Assembly (NCBI RefSeq): GCF_009557235.1
Contig: NZ_CP045650.1
Location: 360,001 to 392,000, forward strand
Direction: 5' to 3'
Length of the DNA stretch: 32,000 nucleotides
Source of the DNA: Acinetobacter wanghuae
Lineage (GTDB): Bacteria > Pseudomonadota > Gammaproteobacteria > Pseudomonadales > Moraxellaceae
The notes below the pieces were generated by a model. The model saw only the letters and a list, made by a program, of their open reading frames with translations, searched no databases and was not told the DNA's origin. Shown piece after piece: positions 16,894 to 25,525 of this stretch. The position numbers and the translations under genes were made by a program. The first letter of the stretch is position 1; the number at the start of each line of letters is the position of its first letter.

Positions 16894-17913
16894 ATGTCTA
16901 AAGTGATTATTAATGATATGACACTACGTGATGGTATGCATCCGCAGCGCCATCAAACGACTGTTGAGCAAATGATTGCCATTTCAACTGCATTAGATGA
17001 TGCAGGTGTGCCTTTAATTGAGGTGACACATGGTGATGGTCTTGGCGGTAACTCAGTGAACTACGGTTTTGCTGCTGCAACAGATGAAGAATACTTGTCT
17101 GCTGTTGTGCCACGTATGAAAAATGCCAAAGTGACTGCATTGTTACTCCCAGGCATTGGTACGGTTGATCATTTAAAAATGGCACACGAAATTGGTGTAT
17201 CAACCATTCGTGTTGCGACGCATTCAACTGAAGCAGACTGCTCTGAACAGCACATTACTGCTGCACATAAACTCGGTATGGACACTGTGGGCTTCTTGAT
17301 GATGGCACATATGGCTTCACCAGAACGTCTGCTTGAAGAAGCGAAAAAGATGGTTTCTTACGGTGCTAACTGTATCTATGTGACGGACTCAGCAGGTTAC
17401 ATGTTGCCACAAGATGTGAAAGATCGCGTGGGTGCTTTACGTCAACACTTCGATTCAAACATCGAAATCGGTTTCCATGGTCACCATAACTTAGGTATGG
17501 GTGTTGCCAATACGGTTGCTGCTGTCGAAGCAGGTGCAATTCGTGTCGACTTGGCATCCGCAGGTTTAGGCGCAGGCGCAGGGAATACACCACTTGAGTT
17601 ATTCGTTGCTGTTGCCAACCGTATGCAAATGGAAACTGGTGTAGATCTATTTAAAGTACAAGATATTGCTGAAGATTTAGTGATTCCAATGATGCACAAT
17701 CCAATTCGTGCGGATCGTGATGCGGCAACTTTAGGTTATGCTGGTGTTTACTCGTCATTCCTATTGTTTGCTAAACGTGCTGAAGCGAAATATGGTGTTT
17801 CTGCGCGTGAAATCTTATTGGAACTTGGTCGTCGTGGTACTGTTGGCGGACAAGAAGATATGATTGAAGACTTGGCATTGACCATGTCTAAAGCGAAAGA
17901 AATGAATGCATAA
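16894..17913 (+). CDS. mhpE: 4-hydroxy-2-oxovalerate aldolase
   Basis: 339 aa from the ATG at 16894 (AAGGAG 7 nt upstream). The N-terminus [16 protein letters not shown] and the segment [15 protein letters not shown] are HMGL-like/DmpG-type motifs. Confidence 0.95.
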   Translation: MSKVIINDMTLRDGMHPQRHQTTVEQMIAISTALDDAGVPLIEVTHGDGLGGNSVNYGFAAATDEEYLSAVVPRMKNAKVTALLLPGIGTVDHLKMAHEIGVSTIRVATHSTEADCSEQHITAAHKLGMDTVGFLMMAHMASPERLLEEAKKMVSYGANCIYVTDSAGYMLPQDVKDRVGALRQHFDSNIEIGFHGHHNLGMGVANTVAAVEAGAIRVDLASAGLGAGAGNTPLELFVAVANRMQMETGVDLFKVQDIAEDLVIPMMHNPIRADRDAATLGYAGVYSSFLLFAKRAEAKYGVSAREILLELGRRGTVGGQEDMIEDLALTMSKAKEMNA

Positions 17914-17943
17914 TTTCATGTGAACTTATGTGAACTCAAAAAA

Positions 17944-17969
17944 GGCACCTTAATCTAGGTGTCTTTTTT
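17944..17969 (+). terminator. Rho-independent terminator after mhpE
   Basis: GGCACCT, loop taatct, AGGTGTC (one G-U pair), followed by T6. Confidence 0.6.
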
Positions 17970-18401
17970 GTTTGAAAGACTAAATTTTTTATAAAAATAT
18001 AAAATACAAATACTTAATTCAAAAAAAATGAGTTTTAAATGTGATGTTTGATAGGTTGAAAGTATGATGTGATATGTTTAATATATTAATTAATTATTCA
18101 AGTTATTTTTTTGAGTATTTGAGTTAAACATAAAACAGCTAAGTCATTCGCATTTCACCGCTTTTAATTGCAATGAAATAACAAATACTGTGTGAATCTC
18201 ATGCTTTGTAGACGCTTGCCTAAGACGTCTGCAAATTTTTGTTATTACATAAAACTCTTAAAGCCATGTGAAGGGCTTATCTTAAGTCCCCAAAGATAGT
18301 GGGAATGATGACCTTTTTTAATACTGTAGTCTGATTTCTATTCGCTGTGAGATTCAGCATCATAGCGAGATAGCTCAATCTGATTATCAAGGAAGATGAA
18401 C

Positions 18402-19646
18402 ATGATCCGTCAGAATTTATGGATAGCAATTTTAGCTGCAACTGCAGCAACAGGGACAACTGCAACGTATGCAGATTTTGTGGATGATAGTCAGGTTCAG
18501 CTTAAATTTAAGAACTTCTATTTAGATCGTCAGATTAAAGATGCACCTCAAAATAACTGGGGATCATGGTCACAAGGTATCACTTTAGACGCAAAATCGG
18601 GCTACCATGATATTGGTGGTGGTATTCAAGTCGGTGCAGACTTATTGGTGCAACATGCCTTTAAATTGAATGGTCGTGACAAGAATCCAGATTTTGTTTT
18701 GCCACACGATGGCAAAAAATCAAAAGATCAATTTGGTAAAGTTGGTGCGACTTTAAAAGCGAAAGTATCTGAAACTGAGCTTCGTGTGGGTGAGTTACTC
18801 CCGATTTCGCCTGTACTCACTTACGATCCAACCCGTCAGTTGGTGACAACCTTTAGCGGTGCATGGTTAGAATCGAAAGACTTAAAAGATACCAAATTGA
18901 CTTTGGCTTATGTCGATAAAATTAACAACCGTTATGACAATCAATTCCGTGACTTAACTTTATTCACGCCACCTGCACATTATGATGATGGTGCTGAATC
19001 TGACGGGATGATCATTGCGGGTGTTGATCATCAATTTACCCCTGAACTTTCAGCAGGCTATTGGTTTGCAGATGTACAAGATATTTACCAACAACATTAT
19101 GTGGGCACTGCCTATAAAACCAAACTTGGTGAAAAAGCCAAGTTAGATAGCCATTTACGTTACTTCGATACAGCAGATTCGGGTAGCCGTTTATATGGTC
19201 ATCTTGATAACCAAGCGATTTCTGCAAGTGCCAAAGTCAATTATGGCGCGCATACTGTGGGCTTGAACTACCAGCAAATGATGGGTAATAGTGCATTCCC
19301 AACATTAGGCGGTTGGGTGCCAGCAGCATATTTAGCGAATTGGGGCGTAGCAACTTTCACGCAAAAAGATGAAAAATCAGTAGGTATTAGCTATAACTAT
19401 GATTTTGCTGAGCTCGGTGCAAAAGGTTTAAATGCAACTGCGGTTTACTTCACAGGTTGGGATGCTGAAGTGAAAGGTGATAAAAACCAAGATTCAGATG
19501 AGCTTAACTTAGTCGTGAACTACACCGTACCTCAAGGCAAGCTGAAAGGTTTAGGTTTCCAAGCGATGTATATCGATGCAAACTTTGACTACAAATCTGA
19601 TTTGCAAGAATACCGTGTAGCGACCACCTATACCTATAAATTCTAA
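18402..19646 (+). CDS. OprD-family outer-membrane porin (substrate-specific channel)
   Basis: 414 aa from the ATG at 18402. AGGA is 8 nt upstream, whereas the track start at 18396 is too close to the SD. It has a signal peptide ending ATYA/DF, the OprD-like N-terminus FVDDSQVQLKFKNFYLDRQ, alternating beta-strand patterns, and a C-terminal ...TYTYKF. Confidence 0.85.
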   Translation: MIRQNLWIAILAATAATGTTATYADFVDDSQVQLKFKNFYLDRQIKDAPQNNWGSWSQGITLDAKSGYHDIGGGIQVGADLLVQHAFKLNGRDKNPDFVLPHDGKKSKDQFGKVGATLKAKVSETELRVGELLPISPVLTYDPTRQLVTTFSGAWLESKDLKDTKLTLAYVDKINNRYDNQFRDLTLFTPPAHYDDGAESDGMIIAGVDHQFTPELSAGYWFADVQDIYQQHYVGTAYKTKLGEKAKLDSHLRYFDTADSGSRLYGHLDNQAISASAKVNYGAHTVGLNYQQMMGNSAFPTLGGWVPAAYLANWGVATFTQKDEKSVGISYNYDFAELGAKGLNATAVYFTGWDAEVKGDKNQDSDELNLVVNYTVPQGKLKGLGFQAMYIDANFDYKSDLQEYRVATTYTYKF

Positions 19647-19662
19647 AATTGGCTATACAAAA

Positions 19663-19694
19663 AGAGCGATGCCGAGCCATCGCTCTTTTGTTTT
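19663..19694 (+). terminator. Rho-independent terminator after the porin gene
   Basis: AGAGCGATG (19663-19671), 6-nt loop, CATCGCTCT (19678-19686), then TTTGTTTT. Confidence 0.7.
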
Positions 19695-19921
19695 AGGTGT
19701 CATGATTTTGATGAAAATTAATGCTGGATAAAAACAATAAATTTAATAAAAATCATTAACTTAATTTATAGATAATAAGTAGTGTGCAATCGCAAATTTG
19801 TATCAGTTAGTGTGCTTTGAACCGTTAATATAAGTGTGTAAATCGATCATTTTTATTGCGTTACTTGACGTTGAACTCTAGCGATAGATGGACACGCAAG
19901 CTAAAGATTGTATGAGGACTT

Positions 19922-20785
19922 ATGATGAGCACTGTTCAAATCCCTGACTATAAAACAGATCCATTCTTTGGCTTAGAAGACAAATGGATTGAAACAGCAG
20001 AAGGTGAACTCACCCATTACCATGAAATTGGTGAGGGTACCCCAATTCTATTTTTACATGGTTCAGGTACAGGTGTATCTGCAGCTGCAAACTGGTGGTT
20101 AAACCTACCTTCAATTGGTGAGCAAGCACGTTGTATCGCGATTGATACGATTGGTTATGGTCAAACTGTTGTTGCACCAAATACTGCGTACGGTATTCGT
20201 GCGTGGGTCGATCATGCGGTTCGTACCCTTGATGCATTAGGCATTGAAAAAACATGGTTAGTGGGGAACTCACTCGGTGGTTGGCTTGCTTTCCAAATGG
20301 CGCTTGATTATCCAGAACGTATTTTGGGGATCGTGTCGATGGGTACGGGCGGTGCGAAACAAACCGCAGCTCTAAAAGCGCATGCCAACCCAGTATTAAC
20401 TGAAGAAGGCATCAAGAAAACCTTGTCTATGTTTGTGGTCAACAAAGACTTGATTACGGATGAATTGGTCAAAGTACGTTTTGCTTCTGCGGCAAATGAC
20501 TATGCATCAAACCGTTTGATGGATGTGGTTGGCGCACGTGACCGTGACCGTTTCGAATTCCCACTCGACTTTGAAAAAATGAAAGACATTACCGTACCTG
20601 TGCTTTTAATTCACGGTACACAAGATGTGGTGATTCCTGTATCACGTTCATGGGACATCTTAAACGTTGTGCCAAATGCAGATGCGCACATCTTTAGCCA
20701 ATGTGGTCACTGGTCACAAGTGGAGAAATCAGAAGAATTCAACACAGTGATTAAAAACTACCTTGCAGTCCATGGCGTAAAATAA
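19922..20785 (+). CDS. mhpC: Alpha/beta-fold meta-cleavage-product hydrolase, probable 2-hydroxy-6-oxonona-2,4-dienedioate hydrolase
   Basis: 287-aa ORF with GAGGA upstream; the start is ATG 19922 or 19925. It has LHGSGTG, the nucleophile elbow GNSLGG, and a C-terminal HIF..CGHW.Q.E, laid out like recalled E. coli MhpC/BphD-type hydrolases. The context supplies the only missing pathway step. It is more divergent from E. coli than the other hca/mhp products. Confidence 0.75.
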   Translation: MMSTVQIPDYKTDPFFGLEDKWIETAEGELTHYHEIGEGTPILFLHGSGTGVSAAANWWLNLPSIGEQARCIAIDTIGYGQTVVAPNTAYGIRAWVDHAVRTLDALGIEKTWLVGNSLGGWLAFQMALDYPERILGIVSMGTGGAKQTAALKAHANPVLTEEGIKKTLSMFVVNKDLITDELVKVRFASAANDYASNRLMDVVGARDRDRFEFPLDFEKMKDITVPVLLIHGTQDVVIPVSRSWDILNVVPNADAHIFSQCGHWSQVEKSEEFNTVIKNYLAVHGVK

Positions 20786-20801
20786 GACTGAAGTCGTTGA
20801 A

Positions 20802-20832
20802 GAAGGATGGCACATGCCATCCTTCTTTTTTT
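20802..20832 (+). terminator. Rho-independent terminator after mhpC
   Basis: GAAGGATGGC, loop ACAT, GCCATCCTTC (perfect 10 bp), then T7. Confidence 0.8.
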
Positions 20833-21120
20833 GCGAAAAGCATAACGCCAACAAAAGGAATGATTGTTGTTCTCATTTCTTTAATAAATTAAGTTTAAAC
20901 AAACATATAGCAAGATGTTTTATGTCTAAATAAGCGCGCAAAATTGGTTAATTTTTATTAGACTTAAGTTGTAATGGTCTATATATTTATATGAATAATA
21001 CCCCTATATGGGGACTACATGTAGGGCTCTACGACCCTCAATATCGTGAAAAATACCATTTTGGTTACGAATATTACACAACTGTTTGTTCAAAAAATAA
21101 TCAGATTTATCGTTAAAATG

Positions 21121-21160
21121 AAAAAACACTCAAATTTTTTGATCAATTTGAGTGTTTTTC
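21121..21160 (-). terminator. Rho-independent terminator after hcaR (bidirectional shape)
   Basis: AACACTCAAATT (21125-21136) pairs with AATTTGAGTGTT (21145-21156). An A-run precedes it and a T-run follows. It lies 26 nt beyond the hcaR stop. Confidence 0.7.
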
Positions 21161-21185
21161 TTATAAAAAATTTATTACAAAATGT

Positions 21186-22085
21186 TTAGTCACGATTAAT
21201 ATCAAGATAAAACACGCGTGTTAGTAACTCTAAAAACTTCTTCACTGCCATAGATGTACTCTCTTTACGATAGCTCACATACAAATCAAGGTAAGGCAGC
21301 TCGATGTCGAGCGGACGAATCACCGTGTTATTCATGGTCAGCGGTGCAATATAGCCCGGCAAAATGGTACAGCCTAAACCCATACCAATTGAGTTGATAT
21401 TAAAGAGAATATTATCGGCTTTTTGCACGATATTAAATTCAATATTATTGGTTTTGGCGAAGTCCAAAATGGCATGGTGTAAGGTATGTGATTGCTCACT
21501 TGAAGGAATGATAAAATCAATACCATTCAATGCCTTAACTGGAATTCTTTCGTATTTCGCTAAGGGGTGATCTTTCGGTAACAAGAAGATCAATGGCTCA
21601 CGAATGACAAACTGACTTTCAATTTCATCACTGTTGAAATTATGACGAGTAAAGCTGAGGTCTAACTCACCTTTTTTCAGTAATTTCATTTGTTCAGTGT
21701 TGTTTAAACTGAGTAATTCAATTTTAAGCTCAGGATTTTGCACACGTAAATTTGGAATGACATAGGGAAAAATTTTCATTTCCGCCACAGGTACAAAACC
21801 AATGCGTAGCATCTGTTGTTTGGCTTGTGAGACCTGACGTGCCATCGCGACGGCTTTATCAGCTTGTGCGAGGGTTAAACGGGCTTGTTCAAGGAATACA
21901 GCACCTTCTTCGGTGAGTTCTACTTTGCGTTTGGTACGATGCAGGAGTCTGACGCCTACATCTTCCTCAAGGTCTTTGATTTGTTGGCTTAAAGAAGGTT
22001 GCGCTGTATAGAGCTTTAGCGCCGCTTTACTGAAGTTTAATTCTTCAGCGACGGTAATAAAGTAGCGAAGATGTCGTAATTCCAT
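21186..22085 (-). CDS. hcaR: LysR-family transcriptional activator of the hca operon
   Basis: 299-aa ORF. The N-terminus [40 protein letters not shown] closely parallels recalled E. coli HcaR ([40 protein letters not shown]). Similarity continues to ...NILVTMNLVGMGLG.T..PGY. It is divergent from hcaE as in E. coli. Confidence 0.9.
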   Translation of the reverse strand: [299 protein letters not shown]

Positions 22086-22100
22086 ATGACCAGCCTAATG

Positions 22101-22123
22101 AGTAATCCAAAAAATGTATTACT
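22101..22123. promoter_or_regulatory. LysR-type box 1: AGTAAT-N11-ATTACT (perfect 6-bp inverted repeat)
   Basis: agtaat ccaaaaaatgt attact, 16 nt upstream of the hcaR ATG. It fits the T-N11-A architecture of LysR recognition sites. Confidence 0.45.
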
Positions 22124-22240
22124 ATGATTTTTTGGCAGTATAGAGCATAAAATGGTATGCGGTGAAGCTTATTTTGGTATTCATAAACTAAATGAAAAAG
22201 ATCATTTTAGCCATGTTTTAATAGTCAAAATAATCGTGTT

Positions 22241-22263
22241 AGTAATTGATGAAATCTATTAAT
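22241..22263. promoter_or_regulatory. LysR-type box 2: AGTAAT-N11-ATTAAT
   Basis: agtaat tgatgaaatct attaat, about 103 nt upstream of the hcaE ATG. It has the same half-sites and spacing as box 1. Confidence 0.45.
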
Positions 22264-22365
22264 TAAAACAAAAAAAATATTTCCCGAAATTTGCCTTCAA
22301 ATCCATCATCGTTGAAAAGTTGAGTCTATTTACTTTGTGTCCGCTTGGTCACAGGAGAGCTTTTC

Positions 22366-23733
22366 ATGAGTGAAAAAATTGATGTGCGCGAAATTGACGC
22401 TTTAGTTGATGCACAAAATGGACGTATCACGCCATCTATCTATACTGATCCAGACATTTACGAATTAGAACTTGAACGTGTCTTCGGTCGTACATGGTTG
22501 TTTCTTTGCCATGAAAGCCAAATTCCTAAAGCCGGCGATTTCTTCAATACCTACATGGGTGAAGATCCAATTATCGTGGCACGCCAAAAAGACGGCTCAA
22601 TTAAAGCATTCTTAAATCAATGTCGTCACCGCTCTATGCGTGTGAGTTTTGCAGACTGTGGTAATACGCGTGCATTTACGTGCCCATACCACGGCTGGTC
22701 TTACGGCATTGATGGTTCATTGAAAGACATTCCCCTTGAAGAACGTGCATTCCCACATGGCGCATGCAAAGAAAAATGGGGTCTGGTTGAAGTCAATCGT
22801 GTTGAGTCTTATAAAGGCTTGATCTTCGGCTGCTGGGATGAATCTACACCGGATTTAATCGAATACATGGGTGATATCGCATGGTACTTAGATGGCGTAG
22901 TTGATCGTCGTCCGGGTGGTACTGAAATCATCGGTGGTGTACACAAATGGGAAATTGAGTGTAACTGGAAATTTGCAGCTGAACAGTTTGCTTCTGACCA
23001 ATATCACGCATTGTTCTCTCATGCATCTGCCATCCAAGTCTTGGGTGCAAAACCAGATGATGAATCATCTAAAAAATTAGGTGCTGCACAAACAGCACGT
23101 CCTGTATGGGAAACAGCGAAAGACGCGATCCAATACGGTTCACGTGGTCACGGTTCAGGTTTCTTCTTTACTGAGAAACCAGATGCAAACGTTTGGGTGG
23201 ATGGTGAAGTCGCAAACTACTTCCGTGAAACGTATGAAGAAGTGAAAGAACGTTTGGGTGAAACACGCGCATTACGTCTTGCGGGTCATAACAATATGTT
23301 CCCAACCATGTCTTGGTTAAACGGTACAGCAACACTTCGCGTATGGCACCCACGTGGTCCAAACAAAACTGAAGTATGGGCATTCTGTATTGCGGATGCT
23401 GAAGCATCTCAAGAAGTGAAAGAAGCCTTTGAACGTTCTGCAACACGTGCCTTCGGTCCTGCTGGTTTCCTTGAGCAAGATGACTCTGAGAACTGGATTG
23501 AAATTCAAAAGGTACTTCGTGGTTATAAAGCGCGTCAAAACAAACTCATTATGGAAATGGGCTTGGGTAACGAGAAAAAACGCGAAGATGATATTCCAGG
23601 GATTACCAATTACATTTTCTCTGAAACTGCAGCACGTGGCTTATACCGCCGTTGGGCAGATTTATTGATCCATGAAAAATGGGAAGATGTGGAAAAAGCC
23701 GCTGACGAATATGAAAAGGAGCTAATGAAATGA
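22366..23733 (+). CDS. hcaE: 3-phenylpropionate/cinnamate dioxygenase, large (alpha) Rieske oxygenase subunit
   Basis: 455 aa from the ATG at 22366 (AGGAGAG 6 nt upstream); the track start at 22345 is a TTG extension. It is near-collinear with recalled E. coli HcaE, including the Rieske motif CRHRSMRV...CPYHGWSY and [14 protein letters not shown]. Confidence 0.96.
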   Translation: MSEKIDVREIDALVDAQNGRITPSIYTDPDIYELELERVFGRTWLFLCHESQIPKAGDFFNTYMGEDPIIVARQKDGSIKAFLNQCRHRSMRVSFADCGNTRAFTCPYHGWSYGIDGSLKDIPLEERAFPHGACKEKWGLVEVNRVESYKGLIFGCWDESTPDLIEYMGDIAWYLDGVVDRRPGGTEIIGGVHKWEIECNWKFAAEQFASDQYHALFSHASAIQVLGAKPDDESSKKLGAAQTARPVWETAKDAIQYGSRGHGSGFFFTEKPDANVWVDGEVANYFRETYEEVKERLGETRALRLAGHNNMFPTMSWLNGTATLRVWHPRGPNKTEVWAFCIADAEASQEVKEAFERSATRAFGPAGFLEQDDSENWIEIQKVLRGYKARQNKLIMEMGLGNEKKREDDIPGITNYIFSETAARGLYRRWADLLIHEKWEDVEKAADEYEKELMK

Positions 23734-24248
23734 GTCAGATCAGTTTAGAACTTCATCATCAAATTAGTCAGTTTTTATATCGTGAAGGCAAAGCCCTTGA
23801 TGATTGGAAATTCCGTGATTGGCTCGATATGTTGGCGGAAGATATTTCTTACACGCTACGTACCACGCCAAATGCGCAAACGCGTGACCGTCGTCGTTCA
23901 GTAGAACCGCCTACAACTTGGGTGTTTAACGATACCAAAGATTTGTTAGAACGTCGTGTGGCACGTCTTGAAACCGGTATGGCTTGGGCTGAAGAGCCTC
24001 CATCACGTACCACGCACATGGTATCTAACGTGATTGTTGAGCCGACTGAAGTCGAAGGCGAATACGATGTGTACGTGACTTATCTGTTGTACCGTACCCA
24101 AAAAGAGAAAGACGTGACCATTTACTGCGGTAAACGTCACGACAAAATTCGTAAAGTGGAAGGTGGTCTCGGCTTCCAAATCTTCAACCGTAAAATCACT
24201 TTAGATCAAGTGACTTACAATTCTCACAACTTGAGTGTGTTCTTCTAA
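23730..24248 (+). CDS. hcaF: 3-phenylpropionate/cinnamate dioxygenase, small (beta) subunit
   Basis: 172 aa, the same length as E. coli HcaF. ATGA overlap with hcaE. Ring-hydroxylating dioxygenase beta-subunit pattern. Confidence 0.93.
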   Translation: MSQISLELHHQISQFLYREGKALDDWKFRDWLDMLAEDISYTLRTTPNAQTRDRRRSVEPPTTWVFNDTKDLLERRVARLETGMAWAEEPPSRTTHMVSNVIVEPTEVEGEYDVYVTYLLYRTQKEKDVTIYCGKRHDKIRKVEGGLGFQIFNRKITLDQVTYNSHNLSVFF

Positions 24249-24574
24249 TGAATAAGATTTTTGTTTGCCAAGTTGACGAATTAGACGAAGGCGAAGCGTT
24301 AAAAGTAGATTGCGGTGTGAATGGTATTGAAGCACTTGCCGTGTTTAACAATAACGGTGAATTTTTTGCCATGAATGACCGTTGTTCACACGGTAATGCA
24401 TCTATGTCTGAAGGCTATCTTGAAGATGATGGTACCGTTGAATGTCCATTGCATTCAGCACGTTTTTGCTTAAAAACAGGTGAAGCATTATGTCTACCTG
24501 CAACTGATCCAATCAAAACTTTCCCTGTGATTGTTGAAGATGGTCAATTGTTCGTAGAGATGGCAGGAGAATAA
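24248..24574 (+). CDS. hcaC: Rieske-type ferredoxin component of the dioxygenase
   Basis: 108 aa with the Rieske ligands CSHG...CPLH. TAATG overlap with hcaF. Confidence 0.92.
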   Translation: MNKIFVCQVDELDEGEALKVDCGVNGIEALAVFNNNGEFFAMNDRCSHGNASMSEGYLEDDGTVECPLHSARFCLKTGEALCLPATDPIKTFPVIVEDGQLFVEMAGE

Positions 24575-24576
24575 GC

Positions 24577-25392
24577 ATGGGTTGGCTACAAGGCGAAGTT
24601 GCACTGATTACGGGTGGTGGTTCAGGTTTAGGCTGGGCTTTGGTTGAACGTTTTATTGAGGAAGGTGCACAAGTTGCGGTTCTTCAACGTTCAAAAGCAA
24701 AAGTGGAAGCCTTGAACGAACACTTCGGTGGTCAAGTTCTTGCGATTGAAGGTGATGTAGCCAGCTATGCGGACAATGTTCGTGCCGTGCAAGCCACCGT
24801 TGAACGTTTTGGTAAGCTTGATTGCTTTGTGGGTAATGCCGGGATTTGGGATCACTATGCCGATATCGTCAATACCTCAGGTGAACAGCTTGAAAAAGCC
24901 TTTGACGAGATCATGGGTATTAACACCAAATCTTTAATTCTTGGTGCGAAAGCTGCGCTTGATGAATTGGTGAAATCTGAAGGTTCGATCATTTTCACGC
25001 TGTCTAACTCTGCACTTTATTCGGCAGGTGGCGGTCCGGTTTATACAGCATCGAAGCATGCCGGTGTGGGCATCATGAAAGAACTTGCTTACGAACTTGC
25101 GCCTAAAGTACGCGTGAACGCTGTTGCACCATCGGGTATGAACGTGAACATCAAAGGCGCTGCGTCATTGGGTCAAGAAAATGTGGGTCTACTTGATGCA
25201 CGTGATCCTGAGAAAATTGCCCGTGGTATGCCACTGAATTTCTTACCTGAACCGGAGGAAATGGCAGGTTCATATGTACTCTTGGCATCTCGTCAAAACA
25301 ACCGTCCACTGACTGGTGTTCTGATCAATGCAGAATGCGGTCTAGGCATTCGTGGTTTACGTCAACCACGTGCTGGTTTCTTTGACGAATAA
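24577..25392 (+). CDS. hcaB: 2,3-dihydroxy-2,3-dihydrophenylpropionate (cis-dihydrodiol) dehydrogenase, SDR family
   Basis: 271 aa with the SDR motifs ITGGGSGLG, NAGI and Y..SK. It starts 2 nt after the hcaC stop. Confidence 0.92.
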   Translation: MGWLQGEVALITGGGSGLGWALVERFIEEGAQVAVLQRSKAKVEALNEHFGGQVLAIEGDVASYADNVRAVQATVERFGKLDCFVGNAGIWDHYADIVNTSGEQLEKAFDEIMGINTKSLILGAKAALDELVKSEGSIIFTLSNSALYSAGGGPVYTASKHAGVGIMKELAYELAPKVRVNAVAPSGMNVNIKGAASLGQENVGLLDARDPEKIARGMPLNFLPEPEEMAGSYVLLASRQNNRPLTGVLINAECGLGIRGLRQPRAGFFDE

Positions 25393-25408
25393 AAATCCGC
25401 TTTCAAAA

Positions 25409-25437
25409 TCTCCCCAAACCCGTCTTTATCAAAGCGG
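25409..25437 (-). repeat. Module-A intergenic repeat, copy A4 (inverted orientation)
   Basis: The reverse complement reads CCGCTTT-GAT-AAAGACGG (imperfect hairpin) followed by GTTTGGGGAGA. It lies within the hcaB-mhpB gap. Confidence 0.5.
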
Positions 25438-25445
25438 GGATAACG

Positions 25446-25473
25446 CTCTCCTTTTTTAAGGAGAGTTGGGGGA
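25446..25473 (+). repeat. Module-A intergenic repeat, copy A3
   Basis: CTCTCCTT (25446-25453), loop TTTT, AAGGAGAG (25458-25465), then TTGGGGGA. Confidence 0.6.
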
Positions 25474-25525
25474 TTCAGCTTTCGACTATTTCAAGGAAGA
25501 AAGCTTTCCTATTTAGGAGTCTCTC

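Noticed and set aside
17917-17936. Tandem duplication ATGTGAACTT/ATGTGAACTC immediately after the mhpE stop codon.
   Set aside because: Only two 10-bp units are present, just before the terminator. It is most simply a slippage duplication, and nothing links it to a function.
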